Shown one piece after another: positions 1-5,469 of a stretch of DNA of 8,573 bases. Below the pieces are notes generated by a model. The model had not been told where the DNA came from and did not search any database. It was given only the letters and a program-made list of their open reading frames with translations. Numbering within the stretch: the first letter of the stretch is position 1; every line of letters begins with the position of its first letter. The position numbers and the translations under genes were made by a program. Source of the DNA: Fonticula alba ATCC 38817 (taxonomy: Eukaryota > Protista > Nucleariida); the NCBI GenBank assembly GCA_000388065.2, contig KB932204.1; one strand, written 5' to 3'.

Positions 1-292
1 CCGCAGCCGGGACCGCAGCCGCAGCCGGGACCGCAGCCGCAGCCGGGACCGCAGCCGCAGCCGTGGCCAGGATCGTGGCCGCGACCACAGCCGGGATCGC
101 TACCGCTATCGCAGTCGTAGCCGTAGCTACAGCCCTGACCGTGGCCGTGGGCGCTATCGCGGTCGTAGCCGTAGCCGTAGTCCCCCCTATGCCGGCCGGA
201 GGTTCACCGACGCCGGCCGCCATGATCGTGGCCGTCATCGTGACCGCAGCCGCAGTCGCTCGCCCGGGGGCCACTACCGGCAGCCTCGCTAA
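1..292 (+). CDS. ZMAT2: 3' end (RS domain tail and stop) of the ZMAT2/Snu23-like gene, duplicate of 6589-6880; 5'-truncated by window edge
   Basis: Identical to 6589-6880; encodes ...RSRDRSRSRD...GGHYRQPR, TAA at 290-292. Confidence 0.85.
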   Translation, partial: RSRDRSRSRDRSRSRDRSRSRGQDRGRDHSRDRYRYRSRSRSYSPDRGRGRYRGRSRSRSPPYAGRRFTDAGRHDRGRHRDRSRSRSPGGHYRQPR

Positions 293-403
293 GGGGGGGG
301 GGGCTCGCGCCCCCTGCTACCGGCCGCCCACGCACAAAAGAGATACACGTGCCAGACGGCGACAGGAAACAAACGGCGCGGCTACACGCGTATGGCGATT
401 TGG

Positions 404-409
404 TTTATT
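404..409 (-). terminator. Putative polyadenylation signal AATAAA for the CK2 alpha transcript
   Basis: Plus strand tttatt at 404-409 = AATAAA on minus, about 350 nt downstream of the CK2 stop, in a locally AT-rich patch. Confidence 0.45.
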
Positions 410-759
410 TTCTTGTGTGGAGTGGGAACAAGTACAGGGCATGCGTTTGTGCAAAGAAGGAAAAGGAGGGGGAGTGGTGGACCGGATAGCGCGCCGATAC
501 GCGCGCGTGCGCGCGACAACGACAAAGTCACCGAGGGCAGAGGGAGAGAGAGAGAGACGAGGAAAAAACCAGGGCGTATGCGCCCACGGCGAGAGGGGGA
601 CGCAAGGAGCCCCATCTGCATTATCAGAGAGGCGGCGGGTGCTCTCTCCCGCCCTCGCTGCCCTTGCCCCCGAGGACAGAGTCAGGCGCGTGGGGCCGCC
701 CGACGGGCATGGGAGGAGGGCCGAGGGCGGGAGAGGACCTCGGGCCGAGCCGCCGCCCG

Positions 760-2271
760 TTAGTTGGTCTCCAGGAAGCCGGTGCTGTTGTTGTACGGCT
801 GGGGAGGGCTGACCTCGTGGCGGATCGGGTCGAAGTAGGGGTGGAGCATGGCCTCGCGGGCGGTCAGGCGCTCGACATGGTCGAAGCGCAGCAGACGCTC
901 CAGGAAGTCGATGGCGTCGGCCGAGGCCAGATCCCGGTTGTCGTCATTGATGAAGGAGCTCAGGCGGCGGCCCTCCTTGCCGGACAGGAGCGAGAGGATG
1001 GACGTGTGCAGGCGGAGCTTGTACTTGTCCAGGTACGCCTCGAGCTTCTTGAACCCCAGGACGTCGACAATCTTGACAAGCTGGTCGACGTTGTCCGAGC
1101 CGCAGAAGAAGGTGTCAACCTTGAAAATCTGTGCGCGCGACGTGCGGGGGAGCGAGATGGGTGAGATAGATGGCGACGATCGGGGCAAGAGGGGTGCAGA
1201 TGAGCAACAGGGCGGCGAGGGGCGGCCCTGGGCGAGGGGCGGGGGGGGGGGAGGGGCACATAAGGAAAGGCCGGTGGACCAGCACAACGCACCATGCCGG
1301 CGAACATGCAGCCCAGGCTCCACAGGTCCAGGGAGTAGTCGTAGTGCTGGAAGTCCACAAGCAGCTCCGGGCCCTTGAAGTAGCGCGAGGCGACGCGCAC
1401 ATTGTACGCGGTGTTGGGGTGGTAGAACTCGGCCAGACCCCAATCGATGAGGCGCAGCTGGCGCTTGTTGTGGTCGATCATGACATTGTGCGGCTTGACA
1501 TCGCGGTGCATGATGCCATGCGAGTGGGCATAGTCGAGGGCCAGGAGCAGCTGGTAGATGTAGTAGCGAATGTCATCCGCCTTCAGGGTGCGATAGAGCT
1601 GCTTGTGGTCGACGGTGTTGACGAACTCGAAGATGAAGGAGGGTGTCCGGGACTGCCGGGGGGGGGGGGGAGCAGAGGAGAAAGGGGTGCGCAGGTAAGC
1701 ACAGGGGCCAGAGTCACGGACAAGGGGGGGGGGGCGAGAGGGGGGCAGGCCAGCCAGGAGAGCCTGCTCGGCCGACCGCCACGCCAGCTCAGGAAACAGG
1801 GAGGAGCAGCCTTGCGAGTGGCGCAGAGCGATGCCACAACCGGAGCGGGAGAGAGAAAGAGAGAGAAAGAGAGAGGGAGGGAGAGAAAGGGAGAGAGAGA
1901 GAGAGAGAGAGGGGGAGGGAGCCACAGCGTACATAGGGATCGCGAACGATGTCATACAGACGGACGATGTTGGTGCCGCCCTCCAGGTTCTTCAGGATCT
2001 TGTACTCGCGCTTGATCTTCTTGCGCTTGATGGGCTTCAGGACCTTGATGACGCAGTCCTTCTCGTGCTCCAGGGGAACGGCGTTCTCCGCGATGCGGAT
2101 GCCATGGAAGACCTCGGAGTACTTGCCGCGACCAATGCGGCGGACCACCTGGTAGTCGTCCTGGTTGCCCCAGGTCAGGTTGACCAGGTCATACTCGTGG
2201 TACTCGGTCGGGCGGGAGGCGTTGGCCTGGCAGTAGACGCGGGCCTCGGAAACGGGCGCGGGGGTGGCCAT
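760..2271 (-). CDS. CSNK2A1: Casein kinase II catalytic (alpha) subunit, 355 aa; exons complement(1933..2271, 1293..1652, 760..1128)
   Basis: Spliced product [13 protein letters not shown]...GRGKYSEVF...[16 protein letters not shown]...IVRDPY|[12 protein letters not shown]...HRDVKPHN...[10 protein letters not shown]...[16 protein letters not shown]...FAGM|IFKVDTFF...DQLVKI...[18 protein letters not shown]. It carries the CK2-specific DWG, GPE and basic-cluster signatures. ATG is in the context gccgccaccATGg; both introns are phase 0 GT-AG; TAA at 762-760. Confidence 0.97.
1129..1292 (-). other. CK2 alpha spliceosomal intron (164 nt, phase 0)
   Basis: ATG|GTGCGT ... ctcac ... gcgcacAG|ATT; removal restores the conserved FAGM-IF junction. 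Confidence 0.93.
1653..1932 (-). other. CK2 alpha spliceosomal intron (280 nt, phase 0) containing a CT/GA microsatellite
   Basis: TAT|GTACGC ... cttac ... ccggcAG|TCC; removal restores the conserved RDP-Y-SRTP junction. Confidence 0.93.
1849..1918. repeat. Imperfect (GA)n / purine-only microsatellite in CK2 intron (copy at 8437-8506)
   Basis: gagagagaaagagagagaaagagagagggagggagagaaagggagagagagagagagagaga... Confidence 0.9.
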
Positions 2272-2483
2272 GGTGGCGGCGGTGGCGAGGGGCGTGGCGC
2301 TGTGGAACGAGCGGCGGCCCAGCAGCGAGGTGGCGAAGGGGGAGGAGGGGAGAGGGGAAGCGCTGCTAATGGGCAGCAGGGACTGGCGAGCGAAAGTGGG
2401 CACAGACGCGCGCGGCAGCGACCGAAGAACCGCTACGGATGCCGCGGCGATTCGATTCCGGATAGCAAGGGATGCTATGGTTC

Positions 2484-2685
2484 CTGGTGTGAAGGCGGGG
2501 GAGGGGGAGCACACGAGAGTCAGCCAGATGGAGGAGCAGGCAGCCGGGTCGGGCGGGAGGAGGGCGCGGCCCGACACACGTGTCGAGCAGACGCGCAGAG
2601 AGCAGATGCGTGCGGGCAGGGAGCAGAGGAGGCAGGGGGAGAGAGAGAGAGGGAGACAGAGGGAGGGGGGGGGGGAGGCGCGCAC
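2484..2685 (-). other. Putative 5' (UTR or N-terminal-extension) intron of CK2 alpha, 202 nt
   Basis: Donor ttc|GTGCGC fits the GTRCGY donors of the four confirmed introns; CTGAC branch-like motif, pyrimidine tract and caccAG acceptor at 2485-2484. Confidence 0.55.
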
Positions 2686-2898
2686 GAACCAACAGGTAAC
2701 GCGCAAAAGGGGGACGCGTGTGGATTGGCCTCAACACAGGGGGGGAGAGGACCGAGGGGGGAGGGGGGGGGGGCGGCGGAGCGGTGGAGGGGGGAAAGGA
2801 GGGAAAGGGGCAGGGGAGGAGGGAGGAGAGCCGGAGGGGGAGGAAGTGGCGCCCGGGGGGGCGGGAGCCGCGCATCGGCCTCACATCAGACAAACCCG

Positions 2899-2930
2899 AT
2901 TGGCTGGCGGGCGGGCGGGCGGGCGAGCGG
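2899..2930 (-). promoter_or_regulatory. CCAAT box (AGCCAATCGG on minus) next to a (GCGG)n GC-box-like tract upstream of CK2; second CCAAT at 2728-2724
   Basis: Motif match and position upstream of CK2 only; transcription start site unknown. Confidence 0.3.
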
Positions 2931-3062
2931 GCAGGCGGGCGGCCTGCGCGTGGCGGGGCCCGCGCGGGAGGGCTGATCCCGGGAGCCGGACGCGATGGTG
3001 CTCACAGGGGGCTGGGGCGCGGGGCCGGGCGCGCCCGATGCATTGTCCAGCGGAGGCCCGGG

Positions 3063-3097
<35 letters not shown>
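3063..3097. repeat. (GA)12 microsatellite followed by G11
   Basis: Seen directly. Confidence 0.9.
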
Positions 3098-3379
3098 CTG
3101 CTGTGTGTGGCTGCCGTGCTGGGAGCGCCTCCTCCCCCCCGCCGGTTCCCGGCTGTTTCCCTGCCCGAGAGAGTCGAGTAGCCGCATGCTTCTCGCCGCG
3201 CTCCTGCCTCGTCCCGCGCCCTGGGGAGAGGCCGCCGGCGGGCCGCCCCCGCCCCCGCCCCGTGGCGCGTCCACTTTCAACGGCCAGGCAACGGCGGCGG
3301 CGGCGGCGGGAGCACAGCCAGCCAACCCACCACGGACGTCCACGGGGGCTCTGCGCTGTTGCGCGGGCAAAAGCCCCTC

Positions 3380-3400
3380 GGCGGCGGCGGCGGCGGCGGC
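3380..3400. repeat. (GGC)7 trinucleotide repeat (shorter run near 3292-3309)
   Basis: Seen directly. Confidence 0.8.
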
Positions 3401-4100
3401 GGGGGCATATGCACGGCCGGCCGGTTGTCCTCCGGATGAGGCGCCCCGCGCCTCCCTTCCAATGGCGGAGGGAAGGGGCGAGCACGCATGGACACCCCCC
3501 CCCCCCGTCCCCCCCGCCTGGCTAGCAGGCAGCGTGTCCCCCCTCCCCCGGGAAGCAGGTGCCTCGAAAAGGGGTTTGCCAGCGGGGAAACACACGCCCC
3601 GACGCCGGTGCCGGGGGTCTCCCCCCGCGCTCCCCCTCCCGCGCTTGGCTGCCCGCCACTCCGCCCGGGGTGGGTCGCCGGGCTTCGAGGGGTGCCCAGC
3701 GGGAGGCCCATGTCTGGGCTGGCCACGGTACGCGCAGGTGTTCGTTCAGCGTGGTGCCCAAGAAGGCGCCTCGGGGTGGCTCCGGCGGGCCAGCTGGCGG
3801 GAGGGGGGGGGAAGGACCCCGGCGCCCTCTCGCCCGTCCCGCCCCCCCCCCCGCCTCCAAGGGGAGCCAGCAACTCCACCACCGGCAGCCCCAACCGCGC
3901 CGAGAGAATCTGAATCCGCGCGCCCGCCAGGTCGATGCTGGAGTTGCATATCTGCACCCGGGGCGGGCGTCTCCTGGGGAACACACGACCAACGGAAAAT
4001 GACACCGCCGCTCCAGCATACCCAGAACCATGGACCACGCCCCGGCCGTTCTGGAGCCTTCTCTCCGGAGGGGCCCGCCACGCCCGAGACGCAAGCGCTG

Positions 4101-4122
4101 ACACACACACACACACACACAC
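4101..4122. repeat. (AC)11 microsatellite
   Basis: Seen directly. Confidence 0.9.
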
Positions 4123-4380
4123 GCACACTTCGGCACCCGGCAAAAGGGCGAGCGGCGTCGGGGAACGACGAGCCAGGGGGGGGGGAGAGCGACACCCAGC
4201 CAGCAGAACACATCAAATCCGCCGCCGAGGGGCTGGACAAGTCCGGTTTCCGCCCGCACAAACGGCTCCCCGCCCGGAAGGCGGCCCCGTTCGGCACCCA
4301 CGCCGGGCGGCCCACCCTAAACCCTCCCCCGAGGCGCTCCCTGCGGAGTCCAGGCGGCCGCCAACCACCGCTGGCAAGCA

Positions 4381-4520
4381 TTTAGGACGCGAATCTCACG
4401 TTAATCGTGTCTCCGCTTGACCTCGCGCGTGATTATCTGATCTACGCTGCAGCACAAAATATACCTTCCTGATTGGACACCAAGCCGCGGGCGCTTGCTG
4501 CGTGCTTTTTTTTTCTTTTC
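4381..4520. promoter_or_regulatory. AT-richer island with CCAAT (4476-4472, minus), TATA-like TATATTTT (4463-4456, minus) and T9 run (4506-4514); possible promoter or Pol III terminator
   Basis: 4381-4480 is 48% GC by hand count, against a much more GC-rich background; motif matches only. Confidence 0.3.
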
Positions 4521-4978
4521 CTGCGCCGCGCATTTTCCTGCCATGGAGGGCCGGGGAACGCCGGCGACAAGACCTCCGAACACGCCTGGCCCAAGGAAGG
4601 ACCCAATAACCCCCGCCCCCAGGCTCCCGACCAGTGCAATCTCCCGTCCACCGGAGGGGCCAGAGCCCGTGGGAGAAACCATCCCCCCACCCGGGGGATG
4701 GGGCGAAGAACGGACCTTCCGGCTCTCAATGCAGTGCTTCCGCGGGGGCGGCGGGGTCTAGTTTTCTGTTGACACACGGCTGACACCTGCGGTGGGGTCC
4801 TTCGGGGGGGGGGGGAGGCCCCCCGAACCGGGGAGGGGGCGCGCTTGGCCCTGCGATCGGGCTGTCGGCGGGGCGCGATCAGTCCCCCCGGCCAGTGTGC
4901 CGTTGGTGCTTCTATTTTTGGATCCTGCGCACCTGACCCGAGGCTCAACCGGCCATCTAGCTTTCTCCCCCCCCCCCC

Positions 4979-4988
4979 NNNNNNNNNN
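4979..4988. other. Assembly gap (10 N) flanked by C12 (4967-4978) and G38 (4989-5026)
   Basis: Seen directly. Confidence 0.99.
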
Positions 4989-5027
<39 letters not shown>

Positions 5028-5469
5028 GCGGAGGCGCCGTCGGCGCGTCTCACCGACAACGCCCGCGCCCAGGAAAAATCCCGACATATGCACGGCCATG
5101 TCACGCGCATGTCACACCCCGCGCACGGGGCCACATCCTTCCCGGTCCGCCCGGTACATCACGCCTCACGGACCCGGTCCTCCCCAACACCGGGCATGCC
5201 AACGCATGGCCGCGCCTCCTTCCATGCCACGGCCGAGCAAGGCGAGAGGGGCGGTGGGGGGGGGGGCGGGGCGGGGAGGCGTGACGGTGCAGCAACGTCT
5301 GGGCGGATGCGCCGGACCGATCTGCCACCGAGAGAAGTGTGCCTCGCTCATTCCTTTTGAATTAGTGCCCCCATCGGTGGCCAGATCCCCTCTGCATCCT
5401 TGTTGTTCCCCCTCCCTCCCTCCCCTTCCCACCCCTCCTCCCCCCTCTCCTCGCCACTCGCTATTGACC

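Larger units (their letters stand above)
1..1985 (+). repeat. Long direct (terminal) repeat, copy 1; identical to 6589-8573
   Basis: Sequence at 1.. (ccgcagccgggaccgcagcc...) matches 6589.., and ..tggtgccgccctcca ends at both 1985 and 8573. Every ORF lying wholly inside the repeat recurs with offset exactly 6588 and identical translation, so there are no indels even in homopolymers. Confidence 0.97.

Noticed and set aside
1-1985. Terminal direct repeats as LTRs or viral terminal repeats
   Set aside because: The repeats consist of host exons and introns, begin and end mid-CDS, lack TG...CA ends and PBS/PPT, and no gag/pol, integrase or viral gene lies between them.
392-2976. Plus-strand ORFs antisense to CK2 (664..1164, 848..1378, 1170..2015, 1831..2976) and their duplicates
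   Set aside because: Typical antisense shadows of a high-GC3 coding sequence.
3710-4002. Plus-strand mini-gene ATG(3710)-MSGLAT|GTACGC spliced to an AAG acceptor near 3861
   Set aside because: A donor motif matches, but the ~52-aa product is unrecognisable and lacks GC3 bias; insufficient support.
2718-4385. 555-aa ORF and the many other overlapping Gly/Pro/Arg-rich ORFs in 2264-5808
   Set aside because: They run through homopolymers and microsatellites, often start at non-ATG codons, show no recognisable domain, and are expected by chance at this GC content.
4453-4467. AAG|GTATATTTTGTG on minus as a spliced-leader RNA donor plus Sm site
   Set aside because: Donor and Sm-like motif overlap with no intervening stem-loops, and the donor does not fit the local GTRCGY consensus; a TATA-like reading is simpler.
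4602-4617. CCCAATAACCCCCGCC resembling the central part of U4 snRNA
   Set aside because: No U6-pairing stems or kink-turn 5' stem-loop upstream, and no Sm site at the right distance.
4634-4640. AUUGCAC (U1A-binding loop) on the minus strand suggesting U1 snRNA
   Set aside because: No ACUUACCUG 5' end, U1-70K loop or enclosing stem at the expected spacing.
4543-4761. 72-aa plus-strand ORF with good Kozak context (gccATGg)
   Set aside because: Many A-ending codons unlike the two real genes, Pro-rich, no recognisable motif.
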